Below are positions 1-9,537 of a stretch of 64,000 nucleotides of DNA, one piece after another. Under the pieces are notes generated by a model that was not told the origin of the DNA, made no database searches, and saw nothing but the letters and a program-made list of their open reading frames with translations. This DNA comes from an uncultured Acidobacteriota bacterium (GTDB lineage Bacteria > Acidobacteriota > Thermoanaerobaculia > Gp7-AA8), in contig CAWGHO010000003.1 of NCBI GenBank assembly GCA_963822445.1, positions 640,001 to 704,000 of the forward strand, read 5' to 3'. The position numbers and the translations under genes are program-made. Each line of letters starts with the position of its first letter. Positions within the stretch are counted from its first letter, which is position 1.

Positions 1-699
1 CTCCGCCTTCACACGGAAAACGAGGGGTTGGCGTTGCTCGATGCCATCCGGCGCATCAGCCCGCGCTCCCGCGTCGTCACGCTGACCGGGTTCAGCACGT
101 CGGAGCTCGACGAGGAAGTGCTCCGTCGCGGCGCGGTGATGGTGATTCGCAAGCCAGCCGAAGGTTTCCAGATTGTCGAAGCCATCCGCCGGTTGCTCGA
201 GGAAGTCGAGCGACTCGCGATGAGCCAGGAGACGCTCGACTTCGAGGCGCTGTACCTCGGCCTCAGAAAGCTGCTGCACTCGATTCCGCGCAAGCGGTAC
301 GGGCTGACCAACGAAGAGGCGGAGGAAGTCGTCCAGCAGGCGTGGCTGCTCTTTCTCGAGAACCGCGAGGTGATTCGAATGGCCCGGCCGTGGCTCATGG
401 GAACCGTCGCGAACCTCTGCAAGCATCGGATCGGACTGGCTTATCGCCGCCGCGAGACGTTTGTGGGAGAGGAGGAGCTGGCCGAGATCCCATGCACTCG
501 CGTGCAGAACGACAGCGAGATCGCCCTGGCCCAGGCGATGGCAGTGCTGGACGGCCAATCGCGGGACCTCTGCCACCTCATCGCCATCGAAGGCTACGCG
601 TACGACGAGGTGAGCGCGAAATTGAACCTTCCTCTCGGCTCGATCGGCCCGATGTACATCCGAGCCAAATCGAAAATGCGCATGAAGATGGCGGCATGA
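1..699 (+). CDS. Response-regulator receiver domain fused to an ECF-type sigma-70 factor (5' partial)
   Basis: Frame is open from base 1. The receiver C-half (GLALLDAIR..VVTLTG..GAVMVIRKP) continues in frame into sigma region 2 (AEEVVQQAWL..PWLMGTVANLC) and region 4 (IEGYAYDEVSAKLNLPLGSI). Confidence 0.75.
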   Translation, partial: LRLHTENEGLALLDAIRRISPRSRVVTLTGFSTSELDEEVLRRGAVMVIRKPAEGFQIVEAIRRLLEEVERLAMSQETLDFEALYLGLRKLLHSIPRKRYGLTNEEAEEVVQQAWLLFLENREVIRMARPWLMGTVANLCKHRIGLAYRRRETFVGEEELAEIPCTRVQNDSEIALAQAMAVLDGQSRDLCHLIAIEGYAYDEVSAKLNLPLGSIGPMYIRAKSKMRMKMAA

Positions 700-717
700 G
701 ACACCGTTCCAGCGGCG

Positions 718-807
718 GAATTGAAAATTGAAAATGCAGAATTGAAAACGGACGCGGTTTTCACTCATTTTCAGTTTTCAGTTTTCAGTTTCCCAAGTTT
801 CAATTTC
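718..807. repeat. Imperfect inverted repeat of 7-nt tandem units (TTGAAAA)n ... (TTTTCAG)n; possible bidirectional terminator
   Basis: AT-rich island between convergent genes. Left arm 718-748, right arm 758-807. Confidence 0.75.
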
Positions 808-821
808 GGCATCGCCGATCC

Positions 822-839
822 GTCCCCATCGTCTAGGAC
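822..839 (+). other. tRNA-Glu-like 5' fragment
   Basis: GTCCCCATCGTCTAGGAC resembles the 5' end of bacterial tRNA-Glu. GTCCCCA pairs 6/7 with TGAGGAC at 3215-3221. Confidence 0.45.
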
Positions 840-851
840 TGGTGACGACCA

Positions 852-3053
852 TCACCTCACCGCCCGCCGTCGCACCGGAGCGGCCTGCCGTACGAACAGT
901 CGCGAGATCCCGCCGACCCCCGGCGCGTCGTCGACCTGCGTGTGCATGACCACCGGAGTCGTGCCGACGGCCGTCGCGGCGATACTCACATCGTGATCGG
1001 CGACCGGGAATGGTGGGGTCGTGTAAACGTCGCCCTGCGACTCCAGCGCCGGGGAAAGGCGCTCGTGCCGGATCGTCGCCGTCTGATAGTCCCCCTTCCA
1101 CCAGTAGACGTCTACCTCGCCGTTCGCCAGCGGGGCGATGTCGCCGAGTGCGCCGCGGACCAGCGGAGCGGAGGGAGCGAGCGGTCCCGCGCCGGTGTAG
1201 CGCGCGAGGCGAGTCTCGATCGCGAGGTCGAACCGGGCCTGGGTCCAGGCCAGGATCACGCCCTGCGGTGAGGCCTCGGCTTTCAGATCGCGGCTGGAAT
1301 TGTCCGTGACATGGAGCTCGACCGGGGAGGCCTCGACCGGCTCCCCGGCGGAGGTCACATGGAGCGCGCGGATCGGGGCGGGAACCGCCATCGGAGGATC
1401 GATCATCTCGAAGACGTTGTAGCGCCAGGCCACGAAGAACCGTTCACCATCCCACACCGCCACGGCCGAGTCTTCGCTCCCCTCGGTTTCCCCGGAGATG
1501 GCCAGCTCGCGCATCGTGCCGTCAGCGCGAAGGACGGTGGCCAGGAGATCCCCGTCGTAGCGATCGCGCGGCGCCGTGCTCCAGACCACGGCCAGTGCGC
1601 CATCTCCCGCGGCACCGGCGACCGCGCGCGAAGCACCCGCGGGCGGATCGAATGTGAGCGGCTCGGCCTCGATCGGTATCAGAGCCCCGGTGTAGCGGCG
1701 CACGCCGAGTTTTCCGTTGCCTGCCCAGACCACCCACAGCGTGCTGCCGTCGTACGCGAGATCCAGCCACTGCGCATCCGTGTTCGGCGCGACCAGCAAC
1801 GGCGCCGCCCCCGGGCGCGCGAGCCGGACATCGCTGGTCCCGATCGAACGGTCGAGCCACGCCGTGACCGCCTGGCCGTCCACGCGCTCCACCGCGGGCA
1901 GCAACTGTTCGTGGGCGCCGCTGGCCGCGTCGATGATCGTGTGGAATGGAGTGGCAGTGTCGATCGACGCACTGCCGAAGAGGCCCACACGTACCGACCA
2001 CTTCTCATCGAGCCAGGCCGCGGCGCCGCTGCCGTCGCTCTTCACGGCGATGTTCGGCCAGTCGGGGCGAATGTTCTTCGCCACCAGCGTCGGCGTCCCC
2101 ATCTGCGCACCGGTCGGGTCGAGTCGCGCGAGGAACAACTCCCGCGGCAGGTCATAACCGCCGCGCATGTACATCATCACGTAACCGCCGCCGCGCCAGG
2201 CGACCGCCGGTGAGTAGAGCGCGCGATCAGGGTGGGGAAGACCGGCGTCCGCGGTGCCGACGGTGCGCGGCTCGCCGGAGCTTTCGTCCTGCGCGATCAC
2301 GCGGCCGACGATGTTGCTCCGCTCGCGCCACACCGCCAGGGATTCATTGCCGTTCGCGGCGATGTCGATGCTGTCCGCCCCCAGCGAGCCGGTCACCGTC
2401 TTCGCGGCCTGCAGGGTTTGCGCGGCGTCGACAGTCTGCGTCACCACCGGGTACGGAAGCTCGCGCGAGGCCACGGCGATCCGATAGGCGTCACCGATCG
2501 CGGTGACAGCCAGTCCGCCGACGGTCCACATCCTCGTGGCGAGTTGCATCTGCTTCAGGACGCGGAGCTCACGGTCGAGCAGGAAGAGGTCGCGCCCGCA
2601 CGTCGCCACCAGAATCGTGTTGCCGTTGCTGGCGATCTTCGCGCCGCCGCATTCGGAATTCAGCGGGGCGATGCGCTTGATCCGCAGTCGCTCGTCCGCG
2701 TACGTCGCGGCGTAGTAACCGTCGTATGCGTGCCACGCCAGCGCGTAGCCGTGGCCTGTCGCGACGACGGTGGGATCGTTGCCGAGGCCGAACGGAATGC
2801 CGGCCGGATCGAGAACGTGTCCGTCCGCGGAAAGGCGCGTGCCATAGATGTGGTCCACGACCGACCGGCGCCGGTCGCCCCAGACCACAAAGTACGAATC
2901 GCCGTCCGTGGCGATGCGGGACATCCTCTTCTCCGAGAGCGTCGGTCCGTATTCAGGAACAGAGACCGGAACCGCAGGTCCGAGACGGGGAGTGGCGGCA
3001 AGGGCGGATGTCGTGAGGGCCCCGCAAAGGATCGTGACGATGGCGAGACGCAT
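852..3053 (-). CDS. Secreted repeat (beta-propeller-like) protein with C-terminal RRRAVR tail
   Basis: 733-aa ORF with a signal peptide, repeated 'DG..YxVVW' blade motifs, and the ending QAAPVRRRAVR. Confidence 0.75.
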   Translation of the reverse strand: MRLAIVTILCGALTTSALAATPRLGPAVPVSVPEYGPTLSEKRMSRIATDGDSYFVVWGDRRRSVVDHIYGTRLSADGHVLDPAGIPFGLGNDPTVVATGHGYALAWHAYDGYYAATYADERLRIKRIAPLNSECGGAKIASNGNTILVATCGRDLFLLDRELRVLKQMQLATRMWTVGGLAVTAIGDAYRIAVASRELPYPVVTQTVDAAQTLQAAKTVTGSLGADSIDIAANGNESLAVWRERSNIVGRVIAQDESSGEPRTVGTADAGLPHPDRALYSPAVAWRGGGYVMMYMRGGYDLPRELFLARLDPTGAQMGTPTLVAKNIRPDWPNIAVKSDGSGAAAWLDEKWSVRVGLFGSASIDTATPFHTIIDAASGAHEQLLPAVERVDGQAVTAWLDRSIGTSDVRLARPGAAPLLVAPNTDAQWLDLAYDGSTLWVVWAGNGKLGVRRYTGALIPIEAEPLTFDPPAGASRAVAGAAGDGALAVVWSTAPRDRYDGDLLATVLRADGTMRELAISGETEGSEDSAVAVWDGERFFVAWRYNVFEMIDPPMAVPAPIRALHVTSAGEPVEASPVELHVTDNSSRDLKAEASPQGVILAWTQARFDLAIETRLARYTGAGPLAPSAPLVRGALGDIAPLANGEVDVYWWKGDYQTATIRHERLSPALESQGDVYTTPPFPVADHDVSIAATAVGTTPVVMHTQVDDAPGVGGISRLFVRQAAPVRRRAVR

Positions 3054-3196
3054 GTGGTTTCTCCAGAGAACAATATGCTACAAAAGCATAAGGAAAGCGA
3101 GGGTCGGGCCCCGCTCGAAATGGGGCACGCGGCGACCGTCGGCTACCGCATCGATGACGAATCACGGCAGCAGTTCGGATCGTCGGGCCCACGGGT

Positions 3197-3225
3197 CACG
3201 GGTTCGAATCCCGTTGAGGACGCCA
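3197..3225 (+). pseudogene. tRNA 3' fragment (T-arm + acceptor strand + CCA), tRNA-Glu-like; att-like scar
   Basis: ACGGG-TTCGAAT-CCCGT T-arm followed by TGAGGAC-G-CCA. No pairing 5' half lies immediately upstream. Confidence 0.65.
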
Positions 3226-3250
3226 CTGGCGCCGACCCCCTCGACCTACC

Positions 3251-3274
3251 TTACCCCGCAGGAACCCTGCGGTA
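3251..3274 (+). terminator. Hairpin downstream of the tRNA fragment
   Basis: CCGCAGG-AAC-CCTGCGG stem flanked by TTA/TAA; no clear U-tract. Confidence 0.35.
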
Positions 3275-3354
3275 ACTCCGGGCGGGCGTGGCCCACCCAT
3301 TATTATTTGCAACACGAATTCGTCCGCGTACACTGTCGCGTGGTCCGTTTGCTT

Positions 3355-6068
3355 ATGCGCTTCCGACAGCTGCTCCTTGCCGGGGTTCTCCTTCTCGCGG
3401 CCGCTCCGATGGACGCCGCGGTGCAGGTGAGCATCACCAAACCACAGCCGTCGGAGCTTAGCGGCGATCTGCTGACAGTCAACGCATCGGTGACGTCGAC
3501 GTATCAGTTGCAGAGCGTCACGGCGACCGTGGCCGACCGCTCCACGAGCCTCACCTTCGACTCGTCGTTCGGTCGCTGGACCTGCACGCTCGATCTGACC
3601 GGATTGCCGCGAGGGCCGCTCCAGCTCACCGTCGCCGCGCAGGACGTCTTCGGTAGCACCGACTCGGAACAGGTGACGTTCATCCATGATCGCAAGCCGG
3701 TCATCACGATCGTCGCACCTCTGTCCGAGACCGTGGCCAGGCCGCTCATCCGCATCACCGCCTCCTGTTCGGACGACGATGCCGCCGGCTGTTCCTCGAT
3801 CCGCGTCCGTCCTGGCGCCAACGATGCCGTCACCCTGGCTTCGGGCGTCTCCTCGATCGATCAGGACGTATCGCTGGACGCGTTCGAGGGCCAGACCCTC
3901 GCCCTCGTGTTCGTCGCGACCGACTCTGCACAGCAGGTCACGACTGCCCTACGCTTCGTCCACGTCGACTCCAGCGCGCGCCTGCATGAGTTTCAGGAAG
4001 TGACCGGCCGCATCGTCGATGCGCAGCCGGACCGGATTCTCTTCCTCGATCAGTCCGGAACGTTTCTCAAGATCCGCGACATCGCCACCGCCGCTGACAC
4101 GGATCTCCCCGCCACCCCCGGGAAGAAGCCGGGGAAGAGCTTTCTGACGCCGCGTGGCGCGATCTTCTCCGCGTTCGGCGCGACTGTGGTCGATTCGACC
4201 GTCTATGAGTGGCAGGACGGGAACCTGCTGACGCACACGCATCCAGACTCCGAGTCTTCCCTGGAGGTGACGGGCGCCTACGCGATCTGGACCGGCCCGC
4301 GCGAAACGGACCGGACCGGCCCCACCTACCTTTTCCGCCGCGACATCCTGGCCGGCACGACCACGGAAGTGCCGTTCGTTGAAGTCGGCAACAACTCGAA
4401 CGACGTCGACGAGGACGGTACGGTGGCGTTCTGGAGCAGCAATCCGTACAACATCCACCGGTACAACGGCGGACTGCAGCAGGTGACGAATTCGAACGGG
4501 TCGCTGTGGTACACCTACCCGCTTCTGGACGGCTCGAGCACGCTCTATCGCAAGCACTCGCCGTGCTGCGGCGGCCAGATGTGGGCGATCGCGCATCACG
4601 ATGGCACCAGCGAGACCGAGATCTCACCGTTCAGTTCAACGGAGGTGGCGCAGGACGCCGACTACCAGATCCGCAATGGCTGGATCGCCGTCACTCGCCC
4701 GGGGACGGCCGGCGAACGGCAGGTCTGGCGGCTGGCACCCGACGATTCTTCTCCACCTCGAGCAGGATCGACCTTCTCGGTTCCAACGGCGAGCTGACAT
4801 TCATCAATTACTACCCGAACCGGCAGCGATTCCTCAGCACGCTTTCGGACACGAGCGCCGTCAATTCAGTCCTCGGTAGCGCGTATCACCTCGACGGCGA
4901 GTGGTACGTCGCCATCGGCCGCACGCTCTTCTCCATCGGCGACGCCGGGACGGCCACCACGACGACCGTGACCTCGTCTCCGAATCCGTCCGTGGCCGGT
5001 GAGCCGGTGACGCTCACGGCGACGGTCTCCGGCACCGGTGCCACCGGCATGGTGGCATTCAAGGACTGGCACACCACGATCGGAGCGGCGCCGCTTTCCG
5101 GCGGAACGGCTACGTTCTCCACCTCGTCCCTCTCCCTCGGCTGGCACACGATCTACGCGGTGTACGCCGGCGACGCGAACTTTGCGCCGAGCACTTCTCC
5201 CTCGCACGCGCATCAGGTGAGAACGGCCAGTACCACCACCCTCACCTCCGCGCCCAATCCATCCGACATCGGAACCAGCGTCACTCTGACCGCCACGGTG
5301 ACGGGAAGCGGTGCAACCGGCGAGGTGACGTTCTACGACGGCGCGACCACGCTCGGCACGGCCGCTCTGTCGGGCGGCACGGCCAGCATCTCGCGCACGT
5401 TCCTCGACGTGGGCTTCCACGAGCTCACCGCCACATACAGCGGCGACGCGACGTACGGCGCCAGCACGTCGCCCGTGCACATGCACTCCGTGCGGCCACC
5501 GTTCGGGACACCGTCAGGCCTCACGGCAACGCCGACCGCCCCGAATGAGGTGACCGTGACCTGGAACGGAGTCTCCGGAGCAACTGAATACGAGGTCGCA
5601 CGCGGAACGAATACCACCAATTTCGAGACCATCGGGTCCGTCACCGGCACGTCGTTCAACGACACGACCGTCTCGAGCAACACCACCTACCTCTACATTG
5701 TCCGCGCGATCGGATCCTCCGGCGCCTCGGACTACAGCAGTCTCGACGCGGCGACGACGGTCGTGTTCACGAACGATCCGCTGACGCCGGGCGTCCCCGT
5801 TTTTGCAGTGCACGTGACCCAGCTGCGTGTGGCTGTGAGTGCGATGCGCAGCGCCGCCGGCCTGCCGCCCGCGGCCTTCACCGACCACGTGCTTCCGGCC
5901 GGCAGCCCCATCAAAGCCCTGCACATCCAGCAGCTGCGCGATGCCCTCTCGGCGGCGCGTTCGGCGCTGGGCCTGCCGCCGCTCGCGCTGACCGATCCGA
6001 CGCTGACGCCCGGCGCGACGCCCCTCAAAGCCGCGCACTTGCAGGAGCTGCGCGACGGCTGCAAGTGA
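3355..6068 (+). pseudogene. Frameshifted large secreted protein (Ig-like domains, propeller-like region, two bacterial Ig repeats, FN3, C-terminal tri-repeat domain)
   Basis: ATG 3355 with a signal peptide. The reading frame switches near 4745 from ORF 2848..4797 to ORF 4506..6068. The downstream part has TTTTVTSSPNPS Big-like repeats and FN3. Confidence 0.7.
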
Positions 6069-6165
6069 TAGCTCGCCGTTCGCAGCTCTCTACGGATTAC
6101 GATTCGACTTTCGGGGGGGACGCTAGCGACGACCGCGGCTGTGATGGTTGGCCCAGCGCCCGCGT

Positions 6166-8547
6166 TCAACGCACCCCGTCGCGAAGCTCGTTGATCTCCA
6201 CCCCCCGCACCGGCGAGACGCTTGGCTGCAACACGGGATGCGCGGGCACGATCGCGGACAGGCCGAGCGAGGCGCGAGCGGCAGCGAGCGCAGAGCGAAG
6301 CTCCGTGATGTGCACGGCGCGGATCGGGACGCCAACGAGCGCTGGGTCAGACCACGTCGCGGCCGAAAGGCCGGCGAGAGTGCGCACGGCGTTCACCGCG
6401 TTGCGGAGTTCACTCACGTGGACCGCTTGAACGACGGTGGCCATGGACACGATCGGGTCGTTCGTGAACGTCATCGCGGTCATCAGGTCAGCGGCGCTCC
6501 ATGCCGAGGGGAGCGTGCCGCTCCGTGTGGCTCGGGCGCGATAGGTGTATGCCGATCCGGGCGTGACTGATGCGTCGGTCGTGGCCAGTGACGGCGTCGA
6601 GATCGTGACGCCGTCGTTGCGGGTCACTTCGTAGCCGGTAGCTCCCGGGACGGCGTTCCAGGCGATTGCGGCCGCGGATCCGTTGTAGTGAGCAGTGACG
6701 TTCGCGGGGGCGGCCAACGGTTCGTAGTACGGATTCACGCCGAGTTGCGCGAAGACGTTCCACGACGTGGCCCCGGTATGCAGTCTTCCGAAGTACTCGA
6801 AGCCGAACCCGGTCGAGAGGCCATCGTGACTCGCGGCGACGATCCCTTCGCCGTCGCCGTTCGTCGCCGTCTGTTGTGCGGAGCGGAGAGTCTGACGGTA
6901 CGTATCGGCTTTTACCGCGTCGCCGGCCACGGCATAGGCGACGGTCATCTGCGCCGTCCCTTCAAACCAGACCCCGTCGCGGTCTTCATTGAAGTCGAAC
7001 CCGCTGAATCCATCGGCGGTCGTCGCGTGGTTCGCTTCGGCGCAGCCGAGGATCGTTGGATGGGCCGCGAGCGCGTTCGGCAGCGAGAGCACCGCCCACG
7101 CCTGCGCGTCGAGCGGAAGCATCCCGGACGCGGTGTTGCGCGTCTCCGGGTCGTTCGTTCCGGTCAGATAACAGCCGCCGTTCCACATGGCCTCGACGAA
7201 GTCGCGCGCGTGTGCGGCGCCGGTCTGCCAGCGCGTCTCGCCCGTAACCGCGTACAGGCGCGAGAACACGGCATTCACGTCGAGATTGTGCTCCGTGCTG
7301 GCGAACGCCCGCGTGATCGTCGATCCGCCGGGATATTCGAGACCGCCGAGGAAGCCGCGATAGGTGCCGGAGTCATTGCGGAACGCGTCAATGAGGTTGC
7401 CGAGCTTGCACGCGGCGTCGAGATACTTCGTCTCGAGCGTCCGCTGGTGCAGCGCGAGCAGCGCGAGTGCGGCCCAGGCGTTGTTCCCGACGTCCACAGT
7501 CTGCGCGCCGGCAAGGGGCACGGTGCCGGAGCGGCCGTGCGGCGTCCAACCCGGCGGCAGTGCGATGTCCCCCGACGCGTACGAACTGCGAAGACGCGCG
7601 CCATCGACGGTCTGCGGGTCGATCGCGACAGCACACGATCGGTTGTCATTGAAGACCACGTCGTGCTCCATGGCCTCGATGAACGCGTCACCGATCAGCT
7701 TCGCCCGCCTCACGCTGTCGCTCGAGCCGTCAGCGAGAAACGCCAGGGCCACCAGGGCGTTGTCGTAAGTGAAGGAGATCCTGCGCAGCGCGAGATCGAC
7801 GCCGCTGTTCAGCGCGAGCGTCGTGTAACTGCGGAGAAACCGCGGCTCGTTGAGCCGCGCTTCGGTCTGTGCCGGACCGAGCGTGTATTCGATGTCGTCG
7901 AGGTAGAACGTCGCTCCGCCCGGATTGTGCAACGTCTCGGCGAGCCAGCCGAACCCGCCGATCACATACGAGAGATTCATTCCGGTGAGATCGATCGAGT
8001 ACTGCTGCCAGGCATTGGTGAGCGTCGTTCGCGTTCCCGCTGCCGGCCGCCGCGATGCCGAGTCGCCGTAAGGTCCGCCGACACCGGCGAGGAAAAATTC
8101 GACTTGTTCGCCGCCGCTCTCGCCGCGTGCCCAGAACGTCAGCGTCGTCGCTCCGGCGAGCGCTGTGATTCCTGCGTTGGGGACCGTTCCCCAGTTCGGT
8201 GCCGGCGTGGTGTCGGTTCCGGTGAGCGTGCCGTTCAGGAAATACCACCCGGCCCATCCAGATGCCGAGGCCGCGTCGTAATGGCAACGGATCGCAGTCG
8301 CTCCCGTGTGCCGGGTCGCGGTCCACGAAGCGTCGAGTGAGGTCACTCCATCCGCCGGCATTTTGTCGTAGGCCACGAAGTGATTGCCCGGCGATTCGTC
8401 GTCGTCATAGACGAAGAAGCGGCTGTGGTCATGGTCCATGACCTTCTTCAGATACTCGATGCTGGCCGACACGGATTGCTGCGCCGGTTGCGCGAAGGCC
8501 GGCGTTCCCGCCAGCAGCAGAACGAGGCAGAACCGGCCAGATCGCAT
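6166..8547 (-). CDS. Secreted protein: carbohydrate-binding-like domain + (alpha/alpha)6 glycoside-hydrolase-like domain + FN3 + C-terminal tri-repeat domain
   Basis: Signal peptide; LTFWARG..FYLDDI beta-sandwich; YDNAL / STEHNLD / VWFEGT motifs. Confidence 0.7.
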   Translation of the reverse strand: MRSGRFCLVLLLAGTPAFAQPAQQSVSASIEYLKKVMDHDHSRFFVYDDDESPGNHFVAYDKMPADGVTSLDASWTATRHTGATAIRCHYDAASASGWAGWYFLNGTLTGTDTTPAPNWGTVPNAGITALAGATTLTFWARGESGGEQVEFFLAGVGGPYGDSASRRPAAGTRTTLTNAWQQYSIDLTGMNLSYVIGGFGWLAETLHNPGGATFYLDDIEYTLGPAQTEARLNEPRFLRSYTTLALNSGVDLALRRISFTYDNALVALAFLADGSSDSVRRAKLIGDAFIEAMEHDVVFNDNRSCAVAIDPQTVDGARLRSSYASGDIALPPGWTPHGRSGTVPLAGAQTVDVGNNAWAALALLALHQRTLETKYLDAACKLGNLIDAFRNDSGTYRGFLGGLEYPGGSTITRAFASTEHNLDVNAVFSRLYAVTGETRWQTGAAHARDFVEAMWNGGCYLTGTNDPETRNTASGMLPLDAQAWAVLSLPNALAAHPTILGCAEANHATTADGFSGFDFNEDRDGVWFEGTAQMTVAYAVAGDAVKADTYRQTLRSAQQTATNGDGEGIVAASHDGLSTGFGFEYFGRLHTGATSWNVFAQLGVNPYYEPLAAPANVTAHYNGSAAAIAWNAVPGATGYEVTRNDGVTISTPSLATTDASVTPGSAYTYRARATRSGTLPSAWSAADLMTAMTFTNDPIVSMATVVQAVHVSELRNAVNAVRTLAGLSAATWSDPALVGVPIRAVHITELRSALAAARASLGLSAIVPAHPVLQPSVSPVRGVEINELRDGVR

Positions 8548-8588
8548 GCAACGGCCAACGAGCGGTGATGAGGTTTCCTTCCGAAAAC

Positions 8589-8673
8589 GTTGTCGGGTTG
8601 TCGAGTTGTCAGGTTGTCAGGTGAAGCCGTAGCGAGGGCGCTTGCCAACCTGACAACCCGACAACCTGACAAC
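8589..8673. repeat. Inverted repeat of 8-nt tandem units (GTTGTCRR)x4 ... (CYGACAAC-like)x4
   Basis: Units at 8589-8620 and 8642-8673, in the spacer between divergent genes. Confidence 0.85.
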
Positions 8674-8715
8674 AAGAACGTTGCCCGTCGATACACGCTC
8701 GACCATACTTCAGCG

Positions 8716-9531
8716 ATGCCTTCAACTTCGCAGCGCGCGGCCCGGGGTGAGCTCTATCCGTTCTTCCTGCTGGCCGCGATGGTCCTCGTGCTTTCGGTGG
8801 ACGTCATCGGTCTCCTCGGTGTCGGGGATCCGAAAGTCTCGGCGATCCACGTGGCATCCGCCAGGGCCAATGCGTGGAAGGAGCTCGATGCCGAGGGGCG
8901 GCAACTGCTCGAGAAGGAGTATGAGAAGGTCGTGTCCGAGATCAGCATGCGGATCGAGCAGGAGCATCAGCTCTTTTCGCTGAAGTTCGGCCTGGTCGGC
9001 GCGATCCTGTGGGCCTTTCTGCAGACGCCCTCCAAGACGGGCGCGCGGGTCGACACCACACCATTCGCGGCCCTGGCCGCATGGGCGGCGGTCATCGCGG
9101 CGGCGATCGTGGACCTGCGGGTGATGACGAATCAGAGCTTTCTGATCACGCTGGGCGGTTGGACGCGCCAGTACGAGGAGCTCGCGCTTGGTGCAACCGG
9201 TGCGGCGCTGGGGTGGGAAGCGTTCCTGGCGGATAACCTTCTGAGCGCAACGTATTACCCCGCTCTTCGCGTGAGCGGCCAGATTCTGACGGCGCTGCTC
9301 TTCTGCGTCACGACGGTGCTCTTTCTGATCCGGCCCGCGGAAACGAGCGACCCCAGAATGGCGCGGATCAGTGGCGCGGGGGCGATCGTTTCCATCTTCA
9401 TCATGACGTTGGCGGCGATCAGCATGAGGCATGACCACTACGCCATTCTTCTCTACACCGTGACCGGCCTCGTGGCCGCTGGAATGGCGGCGTTCCTGGT
9501 GCGCAGGTCCCGTGAAAGCAATGGCGGCTAA
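8716..9531 (+). CDS. Hypothetical polytopic membrane protein
   Basis: About six hydrophobic segments. ATG 8716 is in frame with ORF 8590..9531. Confidence 0.65.
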   Translation: MPSTSQRAARGELYPFFLLAAMVLVLSVDVIGLLGVGDPKVSAIHVASARANAWKELDAEGRQLLEKEYEKVVSEISMRIEQEHQLFSLKFGLVGAILWAFLQTPSKTGARVDTTPFAALAAWAAVIAAAIVDLRVMTNQSFLITLGGWTRQYEELALGATGAALGWEAFLADNLLSATYYPALRVSGQILTALLFCVTTVLFLIRPAETSDPRMARISGAGAIVSIFIMTLAAISMRHDHYAILLYTVTGLVAAGMAAFLVRRSRESNGG

Positions 9532-9537
9532 CCTTCC

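Noticed and set aside
721-1101. Short ORFs spanning the heptamer hairpin (721..996, 778..1101)
   Set aside because: Low-complexity translations of the repeat that overlap a real gene; no coding support.
3120-3225. Intact tRNA gene
   Set aside because: No 5' acceptor strand, D-arm or anticodon arm could be folded upstream of the T-arm.
5745-6489. Weak inverted similarity across two convergent gene ends
   Set aside because: Explained by both genes ending in the same C-terminal protein domain, not by a DNA element.
8589-8673. Tandem repeats as a CRISPR array
   Set aside because: Units are 7-8 nt with no unique spacers, and there are no cas genes in the window.
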